Shown here piece by piece: positions 15,198 to 28,140 of a DNA stretch of 64,000 nt. Source of the stretch: Lytechinus pictus (Eukaryota); assembly GCF_037042905.1 (NCBI RefSeq), contig NC_087245.1, positions 18,972,001 through 19,036,000 on the forward strand, in the 5' to 3' direction. The notes under the pieces were generated by a model. The model was not told the DNA's origin, did not search any database, and saw only the letters and a list, made by a program, of their open reading frames with translations. The position numbers were made by a program, and so were the translations under genes. Positions within the stretch are counted from its first letter, which is position 1. The number at the start of each line of letters is the position of its first letter.

Positions 15198-15460
15198 CTG
15201 GGCCCGTCTTACAAAGAGTTACGATTGTTACGATCAATCTCAAGTATATGGAAATCCATCAATGTCATAATTTTTTTCTTTAGGAAATTTGCTCAATGTC
15301 CTTTGAAAACAAAGAGAAGCATACTTAATTGTCAAGAAAACATTGAATGTATGAATATACATCATTTCTAGAAAATATTTTGAACAAGCATGTATTTTTT
15401 TATGTTGACGTTGCTGGCTTTCCATAGTTGCAATTGATTGGATCAATCACAACTCTTTTA
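15198..15460. mobile_element. MITE with long imperfect TIRs, right end eroded
   Basis: AAAGAGTTACGATTG...GATCAATC at the left pairs with GATTGGATCAATCACAACTCTTT at the right. A related half-copy lies at ~31448-31508. Confidence 0.6.
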
Positions 15461-18400
15461 AGCCCTGAAATTGTATCGCTTTCAAAATCTGAACAAAGGG
15501 TAACATTGGAATTCAATTTCTTATACCGGTGATTTCTTTCGTTGACACCCTCTCAACCCCCTTTCAAGCCACTCTTAAACCCCACCACCCCCCCCCCCCC
15601 AATAAAAATGAAATCCATTATGGACTTACTTTTTCCACATACCCCAACTTCAATGCTGCTATTGTCCAAGCTACATACTGCATCACTTCAGGGTTTTTTT
15701 TTTTAAAGATGTGTATTTATTTCAAAGTTGTGGGTCATTAAATTAAAGTGTTACATTATCACACCTTTGAAAGGCTAATGACTTTCTATTTCAGGGTTTC
15801 ATCAAGAGTCCATTACGCTGATATCTCCTTTGATTTAATTGTTCAGTTGACATTAAGACTCAGTCAAGGGCTATATTTTGAGTTATGAATTTGGGCGCTT
15901 TGAACATTTGTTTTCATGAAAAAGAGAGGTAGTATTGCCATCTTAAACAGAGGCACAGTGAATATGGGTGTATTTCTCTCTGTTTTGAGTAAAATAATGA
16001 GAATCATCATCAAAGGGTCATAAATGCTTGGTACAGTATATTCAATTTCTCTAATATTTTATATGGGTGTATGCAGACTAATACCCACTCCTTCCAAAGT
16101 AAGATGCTTACACACTATGCTGCAGCACAAAATACTGTCATGATTTACAATGGTTAACGAATATGTCTCCCTCTTTTGGTAAATGCATTACAGTTTGCTG
16201 TCTATTCCATTTTTTCAAATATTATCTCCCTCTTTCACAATGAAATCCTTCCCCTTAAAAACCTATAAATTATTCGTGAAAAGGTAGGCTATGAAGTATA
16301 TCTTATAAAAATACCTTTCTTGGGAACTCTCTCCTATTTCACAAAATGATGAGCACTGCAGTAAGAAAGAGAAAGAGAAAAAAAAAATACACATAAAATT
16401 TCAAAATGAAAATGTAATACAATTTTTATATAATATAAAATTGTGTACTACTCATTCCATTCAATATGATACATATAGGCCATATGTTGTATGTATGCTA
16501 TTTGGGCTAACAATAAACAATTGGTGTTGAGCATGTGAAGTAGGCAGCAAGGCACTTACAAGTCACCTGTCAAAAGCAAGTCATGATAAGGGCTGAAGAA
16601 AGCATTTGTACAGAATATAATTTTCTCAACACAAGATGGGGCTATTCTGATTGATCTAATATCAAAACATATCATACTTCAATCTGCCATTTATCTGTCT
16701 CTGAAGGAAGTAAACATGGTGACAAGTGGCAAGTGTAATAAAATGAACAAAAGAAGATAAAGGTGATGCCAAAAGTGAAGAAGTGTCAATAAATGATTGA
16801 AAAATACTTTTTCATTCATCAAATTAAATACAAAATGTACTAGATGGAAGAAGAAAGAAAACAGTAAAATGACGATGAAAATGCATCTTCATCTAAATGA
16901 TTATTGGAATTGACAGTAAATTGAAAAATTTTAATTTTGAATAAAGTTTGAAAGCTCTGACATGAATATTTCATGTTGGTTTATAAGAGTTTAAGTGGCG
17001 AGCAGGCAACCTTGGATAAAATTGTAGTTCAGCAAATAAAAGGGCAATTTGACATTATAAAAAGAGATAAGAAAAACAATGTCTTGGCCATATTGCCCTT
17101 TTACTTGTCAAACACCGAAATAGTACATTGTTGCTGCTGTTGTACCACACTTCCTGTGGATTCAAACTTTATAGAATTACTTGGAAGGATTTGGGGTTTC
17201 CCCAATATTTATTAAATCATTCAACATCGACTGCTTCCTATCCAAAAAGGTACATCATAAAATGTGGAAAAGGTTGAAAACATCATAAAAACGACAACAG
17301 AAGTGTGATTTGTCATGCTTGAAATAGCTCCATCTGGATACCTTGGAACAGGCAATTCATGCCCTATGACAAAACTTGACAATTGTAATTAAGAAGGCTC
17401 CTCAGAATAAGAGCTTACAATGTTTGATCTTTGTTAGCATCCTTTGATAAATTGGGGGCTTATGGATGACAAATATGTTGGTACTTCGACATTTCACCAA
17501 AGATCTCTATAGTATGGAAAAAGGTTAATTCCTATTACTGGTCTTCATTAATAATAGTGAGGTTCTTTTTTGAGCGCATAGGGACGCACTTGGCAGTGAT
17601 TTGCACTTTATATGCATGTTGGTATTATTTGTAGTACAAACATACTGATATTTGTCAAGAAGAATTGCTTCTTGACAATCACAAATATCAGTTATAATCT
17701 AATAAGTTATTACTGGTTTTATAAATCGCCAAATTGCAAGTTGAAGAAAATTCAATAATAAAAATAAAATTCTATTTATCAAAATGAATTTCAAACTTTC
17801 ATCTGAAAATCTATATAGATATCATAAATATTGCAAACAAAAAAAGAAATATAAAAGAAAGCTAACTACAGTACAGGAATGTTAAACATATCAAACTCCA
17901 AGGTCATTCAAATGAAATACAGAGAACTTAAAATAAATAGTCATACAGGTTATTTCCGTTTACATTTCCAACGGATATTGTATTTGAGTCATGCTACAAT
18001 TATGATAGTAGGTCTACCTATGCCTTCCTCATGATGAGAAAGATGATTCGTTTTGACAACCCTGCTCGGTTGCATTATGATTTAAGTACCTCAGAAAATC
18101 ATTTCTGCTGCCTTGACTCCTTGGATGGATTTTTGCTTAGTGTATTTAATAGAGTGAAGTGTATTTTCAGATAAGTGATTGGCAAGGGGGACGGGGAGGG
18201 GGGTGGTCATTTATTTACATTTACCTGTATAACTATCTCTAATGACTATGATTCCTTCTGCTTCCCTTTCATTTTAAACTATTTTTCACTAATGATCTTT
18301 CTTGTTTGACATATTTTGTTTGATATATATTATATTCTTTAAAAAAAAAATCATTTCTCAAAGTAATACTACAAATTATTATGAGATCTTTAATAATACT

Positions 18401-19799
18401 CTTGAGATTAATTATAACACACCCAAAAGAATTCTTCAAAATATCCTATATTTTGTCAACATTGCGCAACCCTGCACAACAAATTAGACCTATAACATGT
18501 TTAGTAGACACAACAAACAATATCCACATAACAAGCGACATAGAGAAAACCTTGATCATAACAATTAGTACTGGAACACAAACCAGGGAAAAACAACCTC
18601 ATTGTCAAGGAAGCATTACAAATAAGACTTTAAATGAAAAATACTGTGACATCCGGTGCAACCAAATGAGCAATCTACAGTGCACATCCCCCATGTCTGC
18701 ATGCCAATAAAAACAATTTTTTCCCATCTGACGTCATTGCTTGATTAACTCACACTACCTTAGCCTCACTTTCTTACACCTGTACCTTTTTCTAAAAAGG
18801 TGCATACGTTTTTGATGAAGAAGTTCATTTATGAGTATGAAGAACTGTCTCATCCAGTCCCACAGATCATATATTTGTCATTCCCATCTTGTACACTAAA
18901 TATATTGTCCCCCTTTTGATCCTTTTGCAACAAATTGCACCATATGTAGAGAGAAAAATCAATTACATACATAGTAAAAAGAAAGCAATTCTAGTTAGAA
19001 TTGTTAAATTTTATGAGAATCAAATTATCAAAATAAGAGTGTCATCTTAAAAAATAGATTTTCTGAGATCCATCACTTTCATAACTCTTTTTTTTTTAAA
19101 TGGAGAGATAAAAATTGTGACTCTTGTCCAAACCTCAGCTTTGAAATAATTGTCAGTCTGAAACAAGGCTAAACTTTGTGGTCAGATGGCCACAAAGGCG
19201 TAACCTTAAACTTGTTGCAGTAGGATGATTAAAATCAATTAAACACTAATTTTACTCATTCTATGCAAAAGGGCACATAGTCATCAAAGCTCCCAGAACA
19301 TAGGCACCAATTAAACTCCCTTTTTTTCATTGATCCATAGTTCATCCAGACTAGAGACCTTTTTAAATGGGAAAGTTCAACTTCAAAATAAATGAGAGGA
19401 ACAAACTAAACCTTGGAAGTTGTTTTGGGTGTGTTTTTTTTAATTGATAAGCAAATTGGCAAATTTGTGACAATGTAATTTTATTTCAAATTGCTCTAAG
19501 GATGATAGTCCAGAAAAAGCTTATTTTCTTGTTGAGATTGTGTGGATGAAAATAGTGGTTCAGTCCACTGATCATGTGTCAAGTATATAGTCAAGCGGAA
19601 CATTGACTACAAGTAAAAACCTACTACAGTCATGGGAAGTCACGTTGCGATGACATCATCACACATGCGAAAACCAGTGGACACTGGTGTAAATTTCCTA
19701 GATTTTGGACGGCTTGAGAATCACATTTTCACATTCTCCATTTTGATAGTGGAAGAGGGAGAGAAGAAAATGGCACATGCACAGAGAGGAAGTCACTAT

Positions 19800-20186
19800 G
19801 ACACCGTTTTCATTAGAGTTTCTATAACTGGTTTACTGGAAACTGGTTCAGGAAGCAGTCATGTTGCCATGGGAACTCTCTCAGTGGGGTGACATGTTTC
19901 ATGCAAAATTTGAAACCGCAGCATAGGCATTCCACAAACGGTGTGTGGAGTAGCGCGCTTGAAAGGTGCGAAGATTACTTTCTGAAGAACGGTTGCGTCC
20001 TCACTTACGCTAAAACCAGTTCAATGAGGCAAAGCAATCTTCAAAACTACATCGCAAGGTGGTTTTCAGAACAGGTTTAGAGATCGCTTCCAAGACCGCT
20101 TTGACCATTCTCCTTACATGTTAAACTAGTTACCACCAAACTAGTTTTCAGTAAACTAGTTTCAGGATGGTAGTGAGAACGGTGTC
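19800..20186 (+). mobile_element. MITE family C, copy 1
   Basis: TIR GACACCGTTTTCATTA...TAGTGAGAACGGTGTC, with repeated AAACTAGTTT/AAACTGGTT. Homologous to 53050-53510 in opposite orientation; their spurious ORFs align (KPQHRHST..VWSS). Strand is relative only. Confidence 0.85.
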
Positions 20187-21059
20187 TTTATAGCAGTCCT
20201 TGGTGTCAACATGAAGATATAATTCTCCATAATGATGATTAAATGAGTTTTCTTTCAATCCAAAACAAACTATGCTTTTGCTGTGTATCATTTATCACTA
20301 ATCACTGATTAAGCAATGTCAAAACAATACAAAACTGATTCACTGATTGATTAATGACAGGAATCATTGTGGAAAAGCAGTAATGTTGTTTTTTCTAAAC
20401 GAGGGATACGATTGCATGCATCCATGTCTGTTGTTTGATCCAAGGTAGATCTAGCGTGGGGGGCCAAACACTGAGTCATGAGGTGCATGTCAATACCATG
20501 CCATCGCTCCTCTTTCATCGATGACAAAGATATTTGGTTTGGCTACAATTACACTGTGTGAAGTTATTGAAATATTGGTGAGAACTCCCCGTATTGATGA
20601 TCTACCTACCTAACTACAAATACAATTCAAAACAAAATTAAGAAGTGAGATAATGTAGCTGACATTATAGAGCCACAATTCTCTGTCCATGCAGCTTGGT
20701 TAATGGGGTCTACAGGAGCATGACGTCTTGCAAATATGAATATGTCAAACATATAGATTTTGCAATAAATCTTTTTAAAATGATAGAGGATAGTATTGGC
20801 TTTATGTAAAAGCTTCAGTGGTCTTTGAAAACTGCAGTAAGATTTGCATGATAATCTTATGTCCAGTGACATATTTCTATTTCAGGCAATTTAAAACAAA
20901 ATCTGTTACATTTTTATTATAATCATTGCAGAGGGAAAATTGAATAAATCTCTCATATAATTTCTCCAATGAATATTTAAGACTTAATAAGATTGATGAT
21001 GATAGCTTTTTGTTCCTTTTAACCTGAGTAGCTATTTCAGCTATGAGCTGATTTTCATG

Positions 21060-21205
21060 CAGGCCCTGCATAATAAAGAGGTATTATTACCCTTCTCATA
21101 TTTGATATGCACGATGAAAAGAAGGTCTTTGGTATGATTTGGCCAGGATTTGATCCAAGCACCTTCCATTTGTGAGGCAGATTCTGTAACTACTGAGCCA
21201 CCATA
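21060..21205 (-). mobile_element. tRNA-derived SINE head relic
   Basis: Minus strand has A-box-like TGGCTCAGTAGTT and B-box-like GGATCAAATCC, followed by CCAAATCATACC. A similar head lies on + at ~35470-35510. Confidence 0.55.
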
Positions 21206-22702
21206 TCCAGTCTATATATTTTGTAGAAATAAGAAATATTTGATGGCCTCAAATAAATATCATAAGTAAAAATGTAGGGCATATATATTTCTTTTTGCTG
21301 GGAGTGTGGGCATTCTTAATGTATCCCAGAAAAAAAATCATTACATATCAATTCATTATAATATAGAGGCACTTTTTATGTTCCAACTGTTCACTGAACT
21401 TAACAAACAGCTTTATGAAACCCCCAACACGGCCCATTTTCATTAGTTTTATCATCCACAAGAACAATTGTGTCATCAAACTTCCTACATTTCATAATAT
21501 TTTCCTTTTTAATCCTCCCCCCCCCCCCAATAAAATAAAAGGGAAAATCTTGGTAATAGACACAGGCTCATAAAGAGGGATAAATATTAACATCCTCAAT
21601 TAATGATGACAACCAACTGAGAGAGGAATAAATTACAAAATGTTGGATTTCCTTTCAAAATATTTATTCCTTTACTGTCTCATAAACTTAGGTTATCAAC
21701 CTCAAATGATGAATGTGTTTTGCTTTCATCTTGGCTCCATTCACATCTGACACTTTCACCATAAATATCTCACTGAATAAATATATAATTTTTCGGAAAT
21801 GAAGAAATTAATGAAAACAGTTCCCCTCAGAAATCAATCTATGAAACAATTTTAGGAAAGGGTAAAATACATATACAGTATATCTTGTAGTATTTAAAAT
21901 CCTCCACTGGTCATGAATTTCAAAATGGATTTAAAAGCTTTTTTACGTTTAAAATTAGAAACCATATGTAAACAGTCTTGCCTTGATAATTGATTGAAAA
22001 GTTCCTATCAGAATTCAATGACCTAAGCTCAAAGCAGATCAAATGTGACATACTTTCCAACTCCAGGTTCAACCACTGCAGACAAAATGTGAGGTTGGGT
22101 TCAAATGGTTCCACGACCCACTTCTTACGCTTAGTTTCAAACCGGTTTTAAGCTAACAACGTCCATAAATGTCAGGTTTTTTTAAAAAGGTTGTGTTCAA
22201 CCTTTTCATGTCATTCTTAATAACAAATATCTTTCAAAATGCAAACAGGAACCGCTGGAAAGGGCGCATTTTCAGAATGTGATTCTATAAAACCATGCTT
22301 AACTAACCAAACATACTGCAAGTCCCAATCATGATTCTCTCATATTACTAGTATTTCAGATCAGTGGCATCCTACTGATTCAGACTTGCTTTGCATATAT
22401 ACTGTTGACCCATAATTCAAATAGGTCAAAGTACCCAGTATGGTTGCCTAGTGTCTTAAATCAGCATTGAATGCTCCTCTGCAGCGACCATAGATTTACT
22501 TTCTGATTTTAATTCATGTTTGTGATTTGAGCTAATAAACTCACTTGAACTTGCCCTACATCATTCGATCTGCTGTATGTTTTTATATCTTCTACTTCAC
22601 CCTACCCCAACCCAACCTCTTCTCTTCACAATCCTTTCCCCCTCTTCCACTTCCAGCTTTGTAGTCTTCCTTTGTTGAAAGAAGTAGAATCCTCCACACT
22701 TG

Positions 22703-23170
22703 AAGGGAAAGTACACCCTAACATCAAGAGGGTTTTAATATTATTAAAGGTTCAACAAAAATCAAAGAATAACAGAGATATGTATTATTTTTAAATTGTC
22801 ATTTTCTGATGTCATGATGTACATGGAATAGCTGCCGCAATGTCATGAAAAAAATAATAATTCCATGAATATCCATATATATTCTGGTTCATGATTGACA
22901 ATATTTTTCTTGCAAGAAGTGTATGACAAATAATATGTCTGATGATGAATGCACAGGTAAAGACATTTTGAAATTTTCTGAGAAAAATATATTTTATGGA
23001 ATTTATATCCCATGACAAAGGGCCTTGTATGGGACATGACTGAATTATTTCTTCTTTTTTTAGTCCTTAACTCTGCCACTCTCTGATGATTTATCTCCAA
23101 AACTTCATTAAAATGTTTCTTTTATTTCTATTTTTATAAAAACAAACTGAACATCAAAGTGAACTCCTTG
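22703..23170. mobile_element. Degenerate Kolobok-like MITE
   Basis: Left AGGGAAAGTACACCC resembles the termini of the 32092 and 52164 elements. Right end AAAGTGAACTCCTT is eroded. Confidence 0.4.
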
Positions 23171-24652
23171 TTAAATGTGATAAATGCATCACACATTCAG
23201 TATGTTCGAAATGGCAAGAATAAGGAAAGGCATGTTTCTCAAGGTAAAGGGCTGAACTTCATAAAGAGGATGTGTAGTTTATCAAACATGGATATGCATT
23301 TTTCATCCACTGGTCTGCAAGTCATTCTTCTTGTTATGAGAATAGCTGTTGTCAAATAAACTGAACATTTTAAATAAAGGATGATCACTTTTGGGTGCAA
23401 TAACATCACAACTCTCTCAATCCCTTTGGTAAAAATGTGACTGAAGAGCTCTGGCTTTAGCATGAGTCATGGCTGCTATGACAGGGTGAACGACCTCCTT
23501 ATATCAGGTTTAGATTATCTCCTTGAACATGAGATAAAACATTCTTACACATGCATGATGACTCATCAGCACACACATAAAGAATTGCATTTAAAAAGAG
23601 ATAAAATCAAGAAAACCACAAAGTGAAAAGACGCAAACAGACAGACTTACTAAGCTATATAAGTACCACCTTTGACGGATCCCCCCAAGATCTACATACA
23701 TTACATAGTACTGAAATTGACTACAAAACTTACAAACATGCAAGCATGCATAGTGTTATGCCAGGTACGCAAGCTTACATGTTATGGGAAAATTGTTTAC
23801 AGAAATTTATAAGTAGGGAACTATTCTATGAAGATACCTAATGACCAGGAAAATGTATTTGAAATTTAATCAGGAAAGTATACAAACTACGGTAGTGTAA
23901 TATAAAGCTTTAGAATTACTGCAATGATAATAATTTCTTGCAATTTTGCGTTTCCAATCATTATCCAACTATTCTAAAGCAGTGAGAATACTCCTGAAGA
24001 CAAAGTTCAATTTAAAAATAAGAAACTATAGATTTAATTTGAATAAAATAACATAGCATTATTTCAACATGGTGAAATCTTTGATGCATTGACCTTACAT
24101 ATTTATTTCTTTACTATAGGCTACTGTTATTTTACAATCTAATTGGAAATTTCAATTTCCTAGGAATTAAAGATCATCAATACATTCCATATCTACTTTT
24201 ATTATTTACCAGTAAATGGCATGATGAAATCAAACTTGAATGAAATCAGCTGGCATTGTGATGTATCAGATGGCATTGTCTACATCACAATGCCAGCTAG
24301 CTGTGAGGCAGCTCATGGCTGGGTTAGCTATATCTAATGAGGAACAGCCCCCTCTTGTGGCGACATTCTAATGACAAGCAGGATGATGTAGAAATAGAGG
24401 CCATTTGAGATGATAGATCATATTTAATCTTAGATCACTTCACATTCAGAATGTAGGTACTCGTACATGCCCTTCTAACCCTTCCACCTTCTTTTACCCC
24501 AACTCCATCTTCATCCTTTTTTTTCAATCATTATTCTTCTTTAATGTCCGAGTCCGATGCTACCTCCTTCTGTAGAACCAATCAAAAGGGTCATTTCTGT
24601 CTGAAATTTTGAAAACCAATGACAATGATTTGAGATGACCATTAAATGTTAA

Positions 24653-25047
24653 AGATAAATTCCAGTTGTGGGGAGGATCTCAAAATGACTTTTTACAGAA
24701 TTTAATATAATGATCACCAAAGTGTCTGTTTGTATGAATAAAAAATATGTGCCAAAGGATTCTGGAAGAAATTGTGTAATTGCTGAGAAATAAGCAAAAT
24801 AAGCGCGGATTCTGTCACTTCCGTCGGGTCTTTATTCCAGCAATAATAATACACTGTCCCACGTGTGCCTATCTGTGTTGGCGATCTTCAGTTTGATCGT
24901 TTTTTAGCTTAGATATTATGATTTCACAAAGTTCAGTTTATGTAACTGTACCAGATCTAGATCCACGATGATATAGTAATACTTAAGATTGGTTTTACAG
25001 ACTTTCTCATGAAATCAGTATTTTACTGCAACTACTGTCATTTAGCT
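24653..25047. mobile_element. Kolobok-like MITE
   Basis: TTAA on both sides (24649-52, 25048-51). Imperfect TIR AGATAAATTCCAGTTGT...ACTACTGTCATTTAGCT. CpG-retaining interior. Confidence 0.75.
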
Positions 25048-27149
25048 TTAACTTTTTATGCTGGACGCATCATATAACATGAAAGTTTTATTAGAATATG
25101 AGTGGTTAATTTGTCTTACCCTGTCTGACTGAATACTGCTGTTAATGTAATGTTATTGAAAACTTCTGTCAGTCATGTATGAATGAGGCTGTAGCTCTCA
25201 TCAACATGTCAAGCATTGGTGCACTTCACATTTTCTGAAATAATCTGAGTGTTGCATTTTATGTTTTACGCTGTGAATGCTGTAATTTAAAAAAAATAAT
25301 GCAAGGTTTTTCCTCTTAATAGTGACAAAACAGATGTTATTCGAGTTTGTAAGCTTAAGGCCCATATGGGATGATGGTGGGGGGGGGGTGAGATAACGGT
25401 AAACCTACATAAGTTTATCTTAAAATGAGCATATATCTTCTATGTTTACAGGTAGATCTGTTCCTTTTCAAAGGTTTTATCTCTTATGAAAAGGACAATA
25501 CCTGCACTGTGAACAGAAACCGAGCAGAGAAGCGGAGGTAAACCGTCTGATAATTGAGAATATCTCAAAAAATTGGATATGAAAAGGTCAAGGCTTGCAC
25601 ATTAGCCCAGTTCATTCCAAGGTCTGATGCACAGCTAATGTAACTAAATGGTGTATGACTATCTGAACTTATAGCTAGAGGATTCTTGTTTACAAGTTGA
25701 CTTTTTTCATATTCACTCTCAAAATTGGGTCACATCCAGAATTTAGATTGAAATTAAAGTTAAATTTTGGTTACCGGCTCATCAGGAATGTATCCCCATA
25801 ATGATAATATAAATATAGGCCTCCTGATTAATTTTGCTTGCTTTATAATATGTTAACAAAAAGATGAAAACAGGATAAACAGCATAAGAATGGAAATGTA
25901 TTTATGTTAACCGATAATGCAGACAGATTTTTTATTCTTATTTTTTTATTTTTTAGGGAGGAGAAATACAGTATTTTCTAATCATTATATTCTATATGTT
26001 TCTTTTTTTTTATGGGAAACATGGCCAAGATCATACAGTCATGGAAAGTTTTGGTGGTATTTGGAACAATACCATTGAAATCTGTAACAGGACTTGCAAT
26101 GGCAGATCTACACCCATGTGGATATATGCCACAAGGGTCATTCCAAAGAAAGAACAGAAGCAACGTCTAATCAGCATGCTTGTAAGATGTAAGCTCAGGT
26201 TTAAAAAAGAGCCTGTAACAGGAATTGTTCAAGCAAGGAAGACATGGATCTTTATCAAATATGCATCACTAAATGTTTCATATGTCGTTGCGAAGTGAAA
26301 ACTGACCGACACGGGGGAAAAAATTGCATTCAACTTGCTCAGCATATCGGGAATATAAGCCTACTAATTTCCACCTGGGTGGAGTATGGCAAATGAAAAC
26401 AAATGTCTTGCTAGATTTGAATCCCACTTAGGAATATTCTCTAGAGGTTGTTGGGTTAGAGAAAACTGGGTGGATACTATCAATTTTTGATAAAATTTGG
26501 AAGAGAAAGATAGATATTTAGATGATGTTTGTCGAGTGCCTGGTAAAAGATCACTGAAGTCTGGCAAATAATATGAACCCAGTTTTTGTCACTGTGCCAA
26601 GCCCCTCTTTTCCTCCAGTGGGGCCCCCTTTCAGCTTAAACTTTAGTCTAACTTCCAGAGTATGGTTTATTCATTCCAACAATATAAAATGTCTTCTACC
26701 AGCAAATGATTTCACAGCAATCAAACAATAGGCAGTGTCTTAGATTTGAAGACCCGACATAATCATTAATTTATATATTTTTACATATAGCTTATCGCAG
26801 CAAATAGTGTATAATCCCGCCCCCTAAAAAATAAATAAAGTACAAGAATACAAGCCAAATAGATATATGACATAGAGTTCCATTTAGAAACACAATAAAT
26901 AACGTTTTTCTCTCATTATTTACTGTTAATATTTAATTTTCACTTGTAACAGAGTGAAATTTCAAGGTTTTATTCCATCTTGCGAATGAACCAGATGAGG
27001 CTCTTTTTCAGCTAATATTTAGATTGAAAATAATGTATGTCCCAACTGCTATTTCATTGAAAAATATGATTACTTACTTCTAATAATAATTTTTTTCTAG
27101 AATTTGGATATGTTCACATAAAAGAATGTTTGTGTATTTATTAAATAAC

Positions 27150-27362
27150 AATAATACTAATTGCCACTTGTATAATAACCCTGGTCATCCGCAAGCCGAG
27201 AGCCACCAAGGAAGAACTTTGCACTCAACTTGCTCAGCATATTTGATACCCATTTTCACCTGGGTGGAGACTGGAAAATGTCTTGCCAATGGATATAAGT
27301 GATTAGGTGAGAATTGAACCCGCAACCTTACGGTTTAGAGTCTGAAGACCTATCACCAGATC
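27150..27362 (-). mobile_element. tRNA-derived SINE relic
   Basis: Minus strand has B-box GGTTCAATTC, then the core CCACCCAGGTGAAAATGGGTA. A related fragment (CAACTTGCTCAGCATAT...CACCTGGGTGGAG) is at 26330-26410, and a similar core at 48828-48852. Confidence 0.6.
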
Positions 27363-27631
27363 CAAAACACATCTACAAAGACAGATGAATGAATAAATGA
27401 TGTGAAATGAATGCAAATATACTGTGCTCCACCTCTGCCTTTTTCATTTATACCACAAAGAAACTTTGTCTGAAGTCTAGGCTAAATAACAATTTGACAC
27501 GATAGAATTACATCAAAGTGAATGACAAAGAAATAGTTCCAGTAAACTTGACACAGTAGGAAATAGACCAATGATAAAATGTCATGAAGGAATTGCATTT
27601 ACAGATGTGGTATTCAACCCTAGAATAACTC

Positions 27632-28140
27632 TAGGCTGCGTTCAATCAAACACTGAACCCCAGCAACTGGGTTATTTTTTTTTTTTGAATAAGCGTCCTT
27701 ATAATTCAAATGTAAAAAAAAAGTGTGTTACGAAAGACTTTTCTGCGGACCATTTCGAAATTTCCATGGTTTAACCATGGGCATTCCATATTATCTTTGG
27801 CGGCAATGGGGAGGGGGGTCCTTGATTTTAGAATTTCATACGGGAGCCTGTGTGAGAGGGTCATCTCGTCCCATATCAGATGGACAAAAAATCTCACAAA
27901 ATCGCCGCCTACAAACATTAAACTGTTGTAGTGGACTGCTTTCGATTGGACATGCATTGGATAAACTCACAAGTTGACCAATACTTCTTGGGTCAAAATG
28001 AAAATGTACACATGAAGAATGGCTAGGTTGAAATAAAATGGAACCATCACAATGCCACATCAACTGTGTTTTGCGTTTGCTTCTTTTTAAAATTTAAGTA
28101 ATTTTTAGTCACGTCTGCGATTGTAGCTTTCGAGAATTAT
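27632..28140. mobile_element. Probable truncated DNA transposon end
   Basis: CpG-retaining block starting TAGGCTGCGTTCAATCAAAC within CpG-depleted flanks. No matching second terminus was found. Confidence 0.35.

Noticed and set aside
19889-20080. Apparent paralogous small proteins at 19889 (+) and 53097-53345 (-)
   Set aside because: The similarity comes from two copies of the same non-coding MITE.
21140-21205. Possible tRNA genes here and at ~27310-27362 and ~35470
   Set aside because: Only degenerate A/B boxes with no full cloverleaf, followed by SINE body sequence.
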